A DNA stretch of 63,440 bases, counting the filler, from Basidiobolus ranarum (taxonomy: Eukaryota), in assembly GCA_040143965.1 (NCBI GenBank). It is 51 parts of 51 records of this genome, joined end to end, with 100 filler letters (N's around TTAATTAATTAA, not from the genome) between each part and the next. Parts side by side here need not be neighbours in the genome. Positions count along the whole stretch, not along the records: positions 23,769 to 24,916 come from JASJQH010006232.1; positions 25,017 to 26,163 come from JASJQH010006233.1; positions 26,264 to 27,410 come from JASJQH010006234.1; positions 27,511 to 28,656 come from JASJQH010006235.1; positions 28,757 to 29,902 come from JASJQH010006236.1; positions 30,003 to 31,148 come from JASJQH010006237.1; positions 31,249 to 32,394 come from JASJQH010006238.1; positions 32,495 to 33,639 come from JASJQH010006239.1; 43 more parts are not named here. One strand, written 5' to 3'. The notes below the pieces were generated by a model, which was not told the origin of the DNA, made no database searches, and was given only the letters and a program-made list of their open reading frames with translations. The translations under genes and the position numbers were made by a program. Positions 23,769-36,128 of this stretch are shown here, piece after piece (the stretch's first letter is position 1; the number at the start of each line of letters is the position of its first letter).

Positions 23769-24411
23769 GCAAAACTAAAGTCAATTTAGTGCACTTATTA
23801 CTGTTGTTATACACCAGGCTTTGTGCAGCTGGTGGCTTTGTACAGTGACCATGCTTGTGATTATTTTTCTATGAAGCCTGCAGCTTTCATAGCATATGAA
23901 TTTGTGACAATAATAGCAGAACTTCTTTAAACATTTGTGTTAGGGCAGGAGAAGTACAGTAATGAAAAAAGAACAACTTTTACACAAGGGTGGTATTTTA
24001 GGTATAGCCCATCAATATCATCAGCTGATTCTGAGATAGTTGCACAGATGAGTCATCAGAGGATTTTTAACATATTTCCCATAAAGGATGGCAATTTTGG
24101 TTTTTTATAAGTTGTTTCTAAGTAATTTCATTCCACCAAGCTTACCATCTGAAAATTTCAAAGTCATTCAAATATCATTCAAAATCTGAATCAAAATTGG
24201 CTTCCAAGCCAAAGCCTGCTGGCACAAAAGAAAAAAAACCAGCAAGAACACAGGACTTGTTTGATGAGCAGTCTAGCAATCCACTATCCACTTTGGAAGT
24301 CATTAAAATGCTGGAACCTAACTCAAGTAATTATGCAGCATTAATCAATTTACCAGATGTGTTCCTTTCCAGCAACAGTGCAAGTGAAGAGATTGTAATC
24401 CCCCAATTATA
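23769..24411 (-). mobile_element. CMC element: transposase 5' end (minus), spacer and ORF2 5' end (plus)
   Basis: ASKPKPAGTKEKKPARTQDLFDEQSS. Confidence 0.87.
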
Positions 24412-24916
24412 TCCTAACAGAAATTTGAGGATTGTTATTGTAGGAAAACTGTCATAATTTTAATCCATTAGGGATTGACTGTTTACTTACCATCATAAAA
24501 TCATCAAGTTAGATTTGATTTTAATCGGTTTTTTCAGTTTCGGGAGTGAAATTTCAAGATCTTACTCAATAGTTGTGCATGATTAGACACAATCTCAGTG
24601 AACTATGGAATAACACATGTGCAAAAAACATAACTCAAATTTTACACAATTACCACTTGAACTCAAATTTGTCACCTTTGAAATCCCTAGTCTCTTTGAT
24701 ATATTCTCCCAAATATTTTTGAAGGGTTCTTCATACCCAAGGTTTACCTCGTACCCAACACAAGTTTGTATCAATATCTCCATCAAAGCCCACCATTGTA
24801 TTAATGTTGCTCAATCAACATTCTCCAGCTATCTGGCACACACCCTGCAGTATTGTATCACTCTGTATTAAGTTCTTCCCAGATATCAGCATGGTCAACA
24901 CCAGACTGAATGTCAA
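24412..24916 (+). mobile_element. CMC ORF2-side terminus nested in another copy's ORF2
   Basis: TCCTAACAGAAATTTGAGG (terminal C>T) interrupts ...IVIPQL. Confidence 0.85.
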
Positions 24917-25016
24917 NNNNNNNNNNNNNNNNNNNNNNNNNNNNNNNNNNNNNNNNNNNNTTAATTAATTAANNNNNNNNNNNNNNNNNNNNNNNNNNNN
25001 NNNNNNNNNNNNNNNN

Positions 25017-26163
25017 CCAATCAATTTAAACTTTGATCCTATCTTAAATGGCTCATTCATATTGAATTTACCCCTATATAGCTGAGTAAGTAGTATTGCA
25101 ATGTTGTTGAATAGTAAGTGCATAGTGCCTGATGGGATGCTCTTGCTCCAGCTGATCCTCTTAAGCATTATAATCTTAGGCCTATGGCTATATCAAGTTT
25201 GATGTTAGACTGACTATTTGGTGAATTGATATCAGTGATGATTTTGAAATCTGACTGGGCTCTTGATGGTAAAATCATGGAGCTTAGTGTTGTATTTGGA
25301 TAGTAGTAATGTGTATGCCTGATAGCGTAAACTCCATTGATTTGACAAAATCTATGCAACAGAGTGCATTGTGCTTGTGAAAACCTTCAAGTTTACTGAT
25401 GGCAGGAGTGTCACCAATACATGCAATGATATTAGCTTTAATAAAATATTCACCCATCTGAACCCCATTAGATAACCATTTAAATTCTGCAATCAAAGGC
25501 TTCAAGAAGCTATCCATAAGCACTGGTGATTTAGGTCTAAATATGATGGATAGTATCAAAATATTATGACTCTTATAGCATTCACAAGGAGGAAGATTTA
25601 AGTTGATTAAAATTGTTGGCCAGCAAGCCTTTCCAATGGTACATATGTTTAGTGAGAAACCATCCAGAGCCAATGCAAATGCATGATCATACATGTTCTC
25701 AAAGAAACCTTGACCTTTCAGATTCTGGTAGTGATATCCATCAAGTATATTGGTAATACCATAAGCTTTATGGTGAGTACTTTGGTATTAGATCAATGAT
25801 CTATATTTGGGTGATTTCATCAAACCTTTAAGATAGGGAATCAATGGTATCAAAGCAAAATTTGAATAAAATTTACCTGATTCAGTGATTGCCAATTGTC
25901 TACAAACAGTATATGACTTCAGGTTTTTCAGACCACTGGTGAAAGCCAAACAACCCTTTGGACATTAAGGTAGTTTAATTACTGAGGGATTATAGGTCAT
26001 ACAATTGATAGTATTTTCCACTTGTATCAGGTCTGTGGCAAGCAACAGTTGCCAATCAACTGTGGTAAAAGTGTAATAGAACCAATGAACACCTGGTTGC
26101 TAAGATTGGATTAAACTCTCCACTCCTCAATAATCAAAGCTGCTTCCTATACAGTAAGTGTTA
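25017..26163 (-). mobile_element. CMC Tnp2 transposase core, degenerate
   Basis: ALALDGFSL, CWPTILINLNLPP, IGDTPAISKL, GTMHLLFNNI. Confidence 0.93.
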
Positions 26164-26263
26164 NNNNNNNNNNNNNNNNNNNNNNNNNNNNNNNNNNNNN
26201 NNNNNNNTTAATTAATTAANNNNNNNNNNNNNNNNNNNNNNNNNNNNNNNNNNNNNNNNNNNN

Positions 26264-27410
26264 ACACAACTGGTAAATTGATTAATGCTTCATCATTACT
26301 TTGGGTAGTTTCTGGCATGTTAATGTCTTCCAAAGTGGATAGTGGATTGCTAGACTGCTCATCAATCAAGTGCTCTGTTCTTGCTGGTTTTTTTTCTTTT
26401 GTGCCAGCAGGCTTTGGCTTGGAAGCCAATTTTGATTTTGATTTTGAACACTTTTGAATGGCATTGAAATTTTCAGATGGTGAACTTGGTGTAATGAAAT
26501 AGCTTAGAAACAACTTAAAATAAACCAAAATTGCCATCCTTAACCAGAAATATCTTGTAAACCCCCTGATGATTGATCTGTGACACTGTTGCAAAATCAG
26601 CTGATGATATTGATGGGCTATACCTAAAATACCACCCTTATGTAGGAGGTATTCTTTTTTCACAATATCCTTCTCATGCCACAACACAAACATTTAAAGA
26701 AGCCCTGTTATTCTTGTCACAAATTCTTATGCTATGAAAGCTGGAGGCTTTGTAGAAAAAATAATCACAAGCATGGTCACTGTACAAAGCCACCAGCTGC
26801 ACAAAGCCTGGTGTATAAACACAGTAATAAGTACACTAAATTGACTTTAGTTTTGCCCATTGAGTCCTCTGACTGTACTTTGCCTCAAGGTTTTGCTAAC
26901 ACTGCCAAAAGTCAAGATACCGTGAAGTTACCACAGTTATATGACCAGAATGATGTAGGTAGAAATGCATCTTTGGTCAAACCAGTAAGTCCAGACAACT
27001 TTGAGGACTTGCTGCTAGATGTTGACCTTGGTAATTCCAGTACCAATGGTAGTATATCAGAAGTTGAAGAAGAAGACAATAGTTTTGTTACAGACTCTTT
27101 GTTATTGGCAAACATTAGTCCACTCATAAAACTTACTGTAAAGGAAGCAGCCTTGATTATTGAGGAGTGGAGAGTTCAATCCAATCTTAGCAACCAGGTG
27201 TTTATTGGTTTTCTTACACTTTTGCCACTGTGGATTGGCAACTGTTGCTTGCCACAGACCTGGTACAAGTGGAAAACACTTGTCAGTCATATGACTTATA
27301 ATCCTTCAGCAATATACTACCTTCATGTCCAAATGGTTGTTTGGCTTTCACTGGTGATCAGAAAAACCTGAAGTCATGTACTGTTTGCACACAATTGGCA
27401 ATCTCGGAAT
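26264..27410 (+). mobile_element. CMC element: ORF2 5' end (minus), ~211-bp divergent spacer, transposase N-terminus with C2H2-like finger
   Basis: ORF 26676: MPQHKHLKKPCYSCHKFLCYESWRL(C/H)RKNNH...LPQTWYKWK runs into the Tnp2 core seen in other contigs. Confidence 0.9.
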
Positions 27411-27510
27411 NNNNNNNNNNNNNNNNNNNNNNNNNNNNNNNNNNNNNNNNNNNNTTAATTAATTAANNNNNNNNNNNNNNNNNNNNNNNNNNNNNNNNNN
27501 NNNNNNNNNN

Positions 27511-28618
27511 GTTTGCTGGGTTTCCTATGAGATTTCTACTTTCATGTGCCCAAGCAATTTCAGGTTGTTGTATAGGCTTAATGGTCTGGGTGATCTTCCA
27601 GTCTGCTAGATTATCATGGTGATGTTCATATGTATGGTGTGGGATAGATGGAAATCCCATATAAGAATGGATGGAGGGAGCAGCATGTGGCTGTAGCTCA
27701 AGTACAGCATTCTGAAGGTTGTGTATCATTGTTGAGTGACTCTCTAACTGTTGACTAGTTGCTTCTGAATGCTGCATTAATTGCAATATTGTGGTGTTAT
27801 TGCTTGTCATGGCCTGTATAGCCACTTTGTGGTTTTTACATATGATTGCATACAAATCATTATGGTGTTCTGCCTGCAATTCCCTTGTTGTGATAGTTCT
27901 ATCCAAGTTTTCTACAAAGGGTTGTTCAATAGTAGTCAACATAGCCATTTTGAAGTTGATGGTCTTGATGGTGTTTTGGTTGAACTTTGTTCAACTTTTG
28001 ATTTACTATGTAATTGGGGGATTACAATCTCTTCACTTGCACTATCACTGGAAAGGAAGACATATGATAAACAGAATAATGCTTCATTGTTACTTGAGTT
28101 AGTTTCTGGCATGTTAATGCTTTTCAATGTGGATAGTGGATTGCTAGACTGCTCATTGATTAAGTCCTCTGTTCTTGCTGGTTTTTTTCCTTTTGTGCCA
28201 GCAGGCTTTGGCTTGATAGCCAATTTTGATTTAGATTTTGAATGCTTTTTGAATGGCATTGAAATTTTCAGATGGTAAACTTGGTTTAATGAAATTGCTT
28301 AGAAACAGCTTATAATGTACCAAAATTGCCATCTATACCAGAAATATCTTGTAAATCCCCTGATGACTCATCTGTGCCACCATCTCAGAAACATCTGATG
28401 ATATTGATAGGCTATACCTAAAATACCACCCTTATGTAGGAGGTGTTCTTTTTCTGCAATATCCTTCTCATGTTGCAACACAAACGTTTAAAGAAGCTCT
28501 GCTATTATTGTCAAATTCTTGTAATGTGAAAGCTGAAGGCTTTATAGAAGAAATAATCACAAGCATGATCACTGTAAAAAGCCACCAGCTGCACAAAGCC
28601 TGGTGTATAATAAAAGTA
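27511..28618 (+). mobile_element. CMC element: ORF2 N-terminal ~250 codons (minus) and transposase start
   Basis: ORFs 27936-28259(-) and 27463-27948(-); overlaps 54864 contig at HSYMGF..HHHDNLA. Confidence 0.88.
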
Positions 28619-28656
28619 CCCTAACAGAAATTTGAGGATTGTTATCGTAGGAAAAC
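28619..28656 (+). mobile_element. CMC ORF2-side terminus nested in transposase 5' region
   Basis: CCCTAACAGAAATTTGAGGATTGTTATCGTAGGAAAAC. Confidence 0.85.
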
Positions 28657-28756
28657 NNNNNNNNNNNNNNNNNNNNNNNNNNNNNNNNNNNNNNNNNNNN
28701 TTAATTAATTAANNNNNNNNNNNNNNNNNNNNNNNNNNNNNNNNNNNNNNNNNNNN

Positions 28757-28861
28757 AAATTCCGATTGAGAATAATTGATAATATCTTAGTGAATTACAA
28801 GATAACTAAGTACTAAGCTATATATGACTATATAGGTGCTTAGGCAATGCTAATTTCAACA
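28757..28861 (-). mobile_element. LTR-A 5' end
   Basis: ...GGCAATGCTAATTTCAACA. Confidence 0.88.
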
Positions 28862-29227
28862 ATATTGACACAAACTTGTGTTGGGTATGAGCTAAACCCT
28901 GGGTAAGAAGAACTCTATAAAAATATTCAGGAGAACATATCAAAGAGACTAGGGATTTCAAAGGTGACAAATTAGCATACAAGTGGTAATTGTGTAAAAC
29001 TTGAGTTATATTTTTTGCACATGTGTTGATCCATAGTTCTCTGAGATTTTAGCCAATCATTTGCATCTATTTTGCAAGATCTTGAAATTTCACTCCTGAA
29101 ACTGAAAAATTGGTTGAAATCAAATCTAACTTGATGATTTTATGATGGTAAGTAAATGGTCAATCCTAAATGGATTAAAATTGTGATGGTTTTCCTACAA
29201 TAACAATCCTCAAGTTTCTGTTGAGGG
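28862..29227 (-). mobile_element. CMC ORF2 3' end and ORF2-side terminus, nested in a transposase copy
   Basis: Matches 7838-8202; ends TTTCTGTTGAGGG. Confidence 0.85.
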
Positions 29228-29902
29228 TAATGTGACAACCTGTGAGCACATTTAAAAGATCCCTTGGTTGGAAGGTTAATATACTTCAAAGTATCTTTAA
29301 CCCCTTGTATTACAACCATCACTGATTTTGATGATACATTATTAATCAGATTAGCATATGGTAATACTGACAATATCACATGCAGCATGATTTTACTGCA
29401 GGTGCACTCCACTGGAAACTCCCAGAATGTATAGAAGGGCCTATAATCACTAAGCATTGTGAAAGATGCAGCAGGGAATGTATTGAATACCAGCATAGAT
29501 TAGTCTATCCTCTTTAAACCTGTAATCAGGTGTTTCTAATCCAGTTATGAAATCTTCTCACAGTTGCTGTATCTGTGTGAGATCTGCCAATGTGAGTTGA
29601 TGCCATAAGAATGTATTAACAATGGACTTGTTCTTGGTGATAGTGTCAGATTGTGCTGTATATGTCATATTAGATAAAGTATTCTAAAATTTATGCGGCA
29701 CAATTTGGCACTAACCATCACCCTCCTGCATGCTCAATTTCAATCACATTTACTCTAATATATTGATCCAAGGTCCAATAAATGCTGGCACAATGGAACA
29801 AGTCCAATCTCTGTGTCCATGGATTGGGCAGGGAATGTGTTGAATACCGGCATAGATTCAGTCTATCTTCTTTAAACCTGTAATAAAGTTTTTCATATCC
29901 AA
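29228..29902 (-). mobile_element. CMC transposase C-terminal region, rearranged
   Basis: RPFYTFWEFPVECTC (WxFPMER-type motif); ~75-bp segment duplicated at about 29470 and 29828. Confidence 0.85.
29624..29805. mobile_element. 182-bp MITE-like element
   Basis: Perfect 10-bp TIR GGACTTGTTC/GAACAAGTCC, flanked by AAT on both sides. Confidence 0.75.
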
Positions 29903-30524
29903 NNNNNNNNNNNNNNNNNNNNNNNNNNNNNNNNNNNNNNNNNNNNTTAATTAATTAANNNNNNNNNNNNNNNNNNNNNNNNNNNNNNNNNNNNNNNNNN
30001 NNTTCACCAGTACAGTGTGTATGATTTTCGATTGTTACAGTAAAGAATGAACACTTACAATTCCAGAGGTAACCAAGTCTTTATGAACGAAAATCTGACC
30101 ATTTTCTTGTAATACAATTATGCTATCGATTAGACTCCGCCATGTAACATGATCCATGCCATGCGAAGTATTAATATGTCTCACTGCTATTTACGGTCTG
30201 ATCATTTAAAGTCTGCTCCCTTGATTGCCGTTTCAGGTCAATCTTGGGATGCCACCAATCATCAAGATTCACTGAACCAGCCACTTGTAAGACAGACGTC
30301 ATCGTCTTACATCAAATCACATTGGATCAATATCCTCATTCGTATGAAATCAAGATACATGTATCTGCAAAGTTAGTGCTAGCATGATTTCCCATGTATA
30401 TTACATCAATAATATACAGTTCTGGCAAGTGCTCTGGGGAGTGTTTATTTCAAACTAATAGTACATATGTGGATTTAAGAAAATAAGTATACAATTTAGC
30501 ATTGGGAATATCTACAATCAGTAT

Positions 30525-31148
30525 TTAAATACTCACTGCATAGGGTATAGACGGGTAGTTTAGAGGATCAGGGTAATCAAGAGCATCGGGATAGCCAAGA
30601 GACTCTGGGTAACTTGGTGGATTATCTTCATATATGGCATCGTACTCGGGTAACAACTCAATCTCTACAGGCGCAACAGCATTGTGGGTAACACTGTTGT
30701 TGATTCTTCGCACAATGCATATGGGCAATATAGCTTTTATATACCTCATTTGACCATTCAATTTAACGGTAATTTTGGTCTGGAGTTGATGTGAGACTTC
30801 TACATAGGGAGAAATCGAATCGAAATGAACATTCTTGTAGGATCTATCTATTCCGAGTGAAAGGGTGCTGGATACTGCGTCTCTGGATATATTCTTGTGA
30901 AGAGTACTCACAAATTTATTGATACAGCAATTGACTCCAGTAGGATCATCCTCCGGATCTCTATAGGTCGTAGTCTCATATACACCTGCCCAGACACTAA
31001 TTAGCTTACAACTGCCACCTCGAACGTTGTGCTTGAGTGTGATAGGAATGGTGTCGCTGGGAATATACTCGTGTTTAGGGATAATTATCTCATAATCAAC
31101 CATATCCTTCCAGGTGTTTTCAATATGAGTGTTGCACACTGCAGACAT
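30525..31148 (-). CDS. Alpha-arrestin (ART-type adaptor) C-terminal domain with PY motifs; probably 5'-truncated
   Basis: NTWKDMVDYEIIIP, DTIPITL, VHFDSISPYVEVSHQL, LPICIV; tail LPEY and PPSY. Confidence 0.85.
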   Translation of the reverse strand: MSAVCNTHIENTWKDMVDYEIIIPKHEYIPSDTIPITLKHNVRGGSCKLISVWAGVYETTTYRDPEDDPTGVNCCINKFVSTLHKNISRDAVSSTLSLGIDRSYKNVHFDSISPYVEVSHQLQTKITVKLNGQMRYIKAILPICIVRRINNSVTHNAVAPVEIELLPEYDAIYEDNPPSYPESLGYPDALDYPDPLNYPSIPYAVSI

Positions 31149-31248
31149 NNNNNNNNNNNNNNNNNNNNNNNNNNNNNNNNNNNNNNNNNNNNTTAATTAA
31201 TTAANNNNNNNNNNNNNNNNNNNNNNNNNNNNNNNNNNNNNNNNNNNN

Positions 31249-32394
31249 TAGAACAAGCAAATCAAGTAAGCACTGATAGAGATCATCTACTTGTGTCTGC
31301 CCTATCAGTAACCACTAAAGAAGACTCAGAAATGGGGCGCATTGAATCAGGAGCATCCCAGTATATGTCAAACAGGAAATATTGGTTATTCAGCTTAAAA
31401 CTAATCCAAACAAGGAAAGTCTACTTAGGTGATGACTATGCACTAGATGCAATTGGTAAGGGCACAGTTGTACTGAATTTTGAGCAAAATATAGCTAAAC
31501 CATCTGCAAAATTAGATGATATACTCTCTGTACCAAATGTTGCCAAGAATCTACTCTCAGTAAGGCAAGCAACAGCTCAAGGACTCAATTTTGCATTCAG
31601 TAAGGCTGGATGCACTATCACAGATCAGAATAATATCAAATTAGCTACTGGGAGCAAAACTCAAAACTCTTACAAGCTAGTAATCAACAAATTGCATTCT
31701 GAGCATGCAAACTTGGCCATAGCTGGTGAAATAAGCTGTCAAATATGGCATAGAAGATTAGGTCACATTGGGGAACAAGCACTGACCCAAATGATTCAAA
31801 ATCAGCTTCTTTCAGGCCTGGGAATTGGAAAAATTACCCAAATGGATATGTGTGAAGGTTGCATATCTAGAAAACATCGTAGACAGCCATTTTCAAGCTC
31901 TGGAGAGATCAAATCCACTCAGAGTTCTGCCCTGATTCATTCTGACCTATGTGGGCCCATGGAAAATGTCTCATTAGTTGGGAAAAGGTACTTTATGACC
32001 TTTATTGATGACAAAACAAGATATACTTGGGTATTCTTTCTCAAATTAAAATCTGAAGTCTAGCCACATTAAAGCACTTCAAAGCAATGGAAGACAAAAA
32101 ATCCGCACAACAAATAAGGGTACCAAGGAGTGATAAAGGTGTGGAATACTGCTCTAAAGACTTTGCTAGTTTTTGCTCTAAACATGAAATTAAGCAAGCA
32201 AACTACTGTACCTTATACTCCACAGCAAAATGGAGTTGCAAAACAAGCTCATAGGACCAAGGTGGAGATGGAAAGATCAATGTTACATGATCAAAAGTTA
32301 GATTACCATTATTGGGCTGAATCTGTCTCCACTGCAGTCTATATCAAAAACAGATGCCCAACAAGATTGCTACATTGTTCTACTCCAATTGCAG
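31249..32394 (+). mobile_element. Copia protease, GAG-pre-integrase and integrase, degenerate
   Basis: IESGASQYM (for DSGAS.HM), KNLLSV, WHRRLGH, CEGC, HSDLCGPM, TPQQNGVA. Confidence 0.95.
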
Positions 32395-32494
32395 NNNNNN
32401 NNNNNNNNNNNNNNNNNNNNNNNNNNNNNNNNNNNNNNTTAATTAATTAANNNNNNNNNNNNNNNNNNNNNNNNNNNNNNNNNNNNNNNNNNNN

Positions 32495-33165
32495 AAGTGC
32501 AGATTCTTAGAACTGTTTAAGCAAGGTATATCAATAGTGCTGATCTAACTACTACATGTCTTGGGAATAGCAGTGGGTTGCTATGTTATGGTAGGGAGTA
32601 GGTTTTGCTAGGCAGCTAGGCTTGGTGTTCTGTAGATGCTAGTGGATACTAGGCTTGGATAGAAATGAGAGGGGAATATTGAATTTGATGAGGAACACTT
32701 AGAAATGTTGAGATCCTCTATTTGTTGAGACACACACTAAACCAAAAGGTTCAGTTAGCTTTATTTATACTTTTTGATTGCATAGTGAATTAGTCAGTGG
32801 CAGGATATTAGATGACTAATTCTGATAAAAGAAAATGTGATTGGATAGATTGATATGTGAGTCATGCAACAGCTGAAGGCTTGGCAGTGAAAGATCATTG
32901 GTTATGAGTCTTGCGACTCATATTGACTTGTGTCTAGGCAGGTGACTCAGAGATTAATACTGATTGGATAAAGATCATATGATTAGTCATATGATCAGAT
33001 AGAAGGGACATGCAAATAGATGGTTAGTCAGGTGATAAGTCACATCATAAAGTTACTGGATATGGTCAGGTGACTAGTTAGTGATAATAAGAAACTAAAC
33101 TTATATTCATGCAAGTTGTATAGATATGGCATAAGTTAAACAACTTTGTATGTTGGTGCACAACA
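32495..33165 (-). mobile_element. Putative long LTR (family LTR-F) inserted in Gypsy RT
   Basis: Minus strand starts TGTTGTGCACC at a sharp junction with RT; TATAAATAA at 32761-32769(-); CpG-depleted non-coding; single copy, other end unseen. Confidence 0.55.
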
Positions 33166-33639
33166 ATGACCAATTTGTGGTAATCTACCTTGATGATATC
33201 TTGGTCTTCTCAAGCTCACAAGAACATAATATCCATGTTTCCCAAGTTGTAGAAAATTTGAAAACCTCTGGGCTCTATGCTAAACTGGAGAAATGTGAAT
33301 TTGAGCAAGCTCAAGTTGAATTCCTTGGATATAACATCAGTCCATCAGGCATCTCCATGGACCCTAAGAAAGTGGAATCTGTTCTATCTTGAGATATTCC
33401 CAAGAATGTGAAGGAGGTCCAATCTTTTCTTGGATTTGCAATCTTTTACCAATGGTTTGTAAAGAACTACTCCAAAATATCTGCTCCCTTAACAAACCTT
33501 ACAAAGAAAGAACTCCCATTTGATTGTTACCCATCTTGCCAACAAGCATTTGTAACTTTAAAGGGTGCTTTTACCTCAGCACCAATCCTGGCACACCCCA
33601 AGCTAGACAAGCCATTTATTGTTGAAACTGATGCATCCA
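33166..33639 (+). mobile_element. Ty3/Gypsy RT C-terminus to RNase H
   Basis: VIYLDDILVFS, KCEFEQAQVEFLG, VQSFLGFA, ETDAS. Confidence 0.95.
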
Positions 33640-33739
33640 NNNNNNNNNNNNNNNNNNNNNNNNNNNNNNNNNNNNNNNNNNNNTTAATTAATTAANNNNN
33701 NNNNNNNNNNNNNNNNNNNNNNNNNNNNNNNNNNNNNNN

Positions 33740-33950
33740 TGTGTTGGCTTCTTTGTTTCAGTGTCAGAATCTGTACTTTCTTCCTCAGAAGTTTCTTCTT
33801 CTTCATCTGGTTGAACTACTTCCCAGACATGTTTCCCTTCAAGCACAAGTAGCATTGTGAATTTCCATTTATGGAAATCTTCCCCATTGAATATTGGAAT
33901 ATTAGTAATCTCCTTTTAGGAAGGAGACTCTAATTCACTCACTGCTACCA
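33740..33950 (-). mobile_element. Copia PBS (TGGTAGCAG) and gag N-terminus
   Basis: PBS at 33942-33950 directly after LTR-C; IPIFNGEDFHKWKFTMLLVLEGKHVWEVV. Confidence 0.88.
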
Positions 33951-34267
33951 TGTTGGAGGATCTTTACATAATGGGGGTAGACTTTGGGTATTAGAAGCAA
34001 CTTATGATAAAGTGTTTTAGTTACTTTATTCTTAAGAGTATATGGTGACTTATACAGTAAAAGAGTAAACCAATTGTTTGAGATATTCAGGAGTTTGTGT
34101 AATAAGATATAATAGATAAGTGGGGGTAATAAGACATACTTGTGATATAGATATAGAGATATTCCTATTTAGAATACAGGAGCTATAGATATGTTGCTTT
34201 CTGCTTCTGATATATGTATCATAACTAAAGTTAACTATGATGTTGAATAAAGATTAATTATCCAATA
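33951..34267 (-). mobile_element. Copia LTR-C, 5' LTR
   Basis: Reverse complement of 23272-23589. Confidence 0.9.
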
Positions 34268-34269
34268 AA

Positions 34270-34834
34270 TACTGAAATTTCAAACATGTCCAAATTGCCC
34301 TAAAGATAGTTGATTTTACTCCTGCAGATGCTCTGACCACAGCCCCAGTGTTATTGTTCTATATTTCCACCAAATTATATAAATGCATTATTTCTGGACT
34401 GTAAATTTTTATCTCACAAGTTAATCACAAATCCACTTTTCTAAAGTTCTTAAAAAAAAAGTGGTTAAGAAAGCTGATAACAGATTTAGGCTATTCTGAA
34501 TATTCACCAACTACAGTGTTTTATATATAGCTTAGTGTTTAGTTATCCTATATTTCACCAAGATATTGCCCATTATTCACAATCAGAATTTACTTGGAAT
34601 AGTTTTAGCAACTTAGAAGTTCTCAGATATATAGATTTTTTAAATTTGTGCTAGATGTCCCAAACTTTGCACACATGTTCCTGGGACCTTTCTTAAAGCA
34701 TTCAATACATTAATTTGTTTAAATCTTGACAAAACTATAAATGTCAACTTTCAACTCAATAAATCAATAAGTGAAAACCACCAATTTCTCTAATTCTCCA
34801 AATCACTTTCAACAGGCTCCCAAATACTTTAACA
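34270..34834 (+). mobile_element. Mosaic: diverged LTR-B piece (~34270-34450), Copia RNase H scrap, 5'-truncated LTR-A (~34523-34834)
   Basis: Similarity to LTR-B and LTR-A copies; WLRKLITDLGY; ends CCAAATACTTTAACA. Confidence 0.8.
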
Positions 34835-34984
34835 CTTCAATGGCTTTAAAAAACATACACTGTACTTTTTCTTTGGCTTAATAGNNNNNNNNNNNNNNNN
34901 NNNNNNNNNNNNNNNNNNNNNNNNNNNNTTAATTAATTAANNNNNNNNNNNNNNNNNNNNNNNNNNNNNNNNNNNNNNNNNNNN

Positions 34985-35210
34985 TCCCTCTGGTTGATCC
35001 ATGTATATATCTTCATTAATTTCTCCATTAAGAAATGCTGCCTTAACATCCTTTTGTGCAATCAGCAATCCTTAGTGGGTAGCAATAGCTAAAGTTACTC
35101 TGATTGAGGTAAGCTTAGCAATGAGAGAAAATGTTTCATCATAGCCAATGCCATGTTGCTGAGCATAGCTGTTTACTACTAATCTTGCTTCATACCAGTC
35201 AATAGATTGA
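34985..35210 (-). mobile_element. Copia RT fragment
   Basis: YEARLVV, YDETFSLIAK, DVKAAFLNGEI. Confidence 0.88.
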
Positions 35211-36128
35211 CCCTAACAGAAATTTGAGTATTGTCATTGTAGGAGAACTATGACAATTTTAATCCATTTTAGATTGACCATTCACTTACCATCATAAATT
35301 CATCAAGTTAGGTTTGATTTTAGTCATTTTTTCTGTTTCAAGAGTGAAATTTCAAGAACTTGCAAAATAGTTGCGCATGAGTGGCTACAATCTCAGAGAA
35401 CTATGGATCAATACATGTGCAAAAAAAGTAACTCAAATTTTACACATTTACCACTTGAATGCTAAATGGTTACCTTAGAAATTCCTAGTTTCTTTGATAT
35501 ATTCTCCTGAATATCTTTGTAGAGCTCTTCATACCTAAGGTTTAGCCCATATCCAACAAAAGTTTGTATCAATATCTCCATCAAATCCCACCATTGTATT
35601 AATGTTGCTGAATCAATATTCTTCCAGCCATCTGGCAGATACCCTAAGATATTGTGCCACTCTCCCTAACAGAAATTGGAGGATTGTTATCATAGGAAAA
35701 CCGTCACATTTTGAATCCATTTGGGATTGACCGTTTACTTTCCATCATAAAATCGTCAAGTTAGATTCAATTTTAATCAAATTTTTCAGTTTTGGGAGTG
35801 AAATTTCAAGATGTTGCAAAATAGTTGCAAAAGATTGGCTAAAATCTCAGAGAACTATGGATCAACAAATGTGTGAAAAACGTAACTCAAATTCTACACA
35901 ATTACCAATTGAATGCTAATTTGTCACCTTTGAAATCCCTAGTCTCTTTGATATACTCTCCTGAATATCTTTATATAGTTTTTCATTCCCAAGGTTTAGC
36001 CCATACCCAACACAAGATTGTGTCAATATCTCCATCAAAGCCCACCATTGTATTAATGTTGCTGAATCAACATTCTTCCAGCTATCTGGCGGATACCCTG
36101 CAATATTGTGCCACTCTGTATTAAGTTC
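35211..36128 (+). mobile_element. Two nested CMC ORF2-side termini (starts at 35211 and 35664)
   Basis: CCCTAACAGAAATT at both; the second interrupts the first ~450 bp in. Confidence 0.88.

Noticed and set aside
35205-35225. CCCT-starting TIRs as piggyBac
   Set aside because: No TTAA at any junction, and the linked transposase is Tnp2/CMC type.
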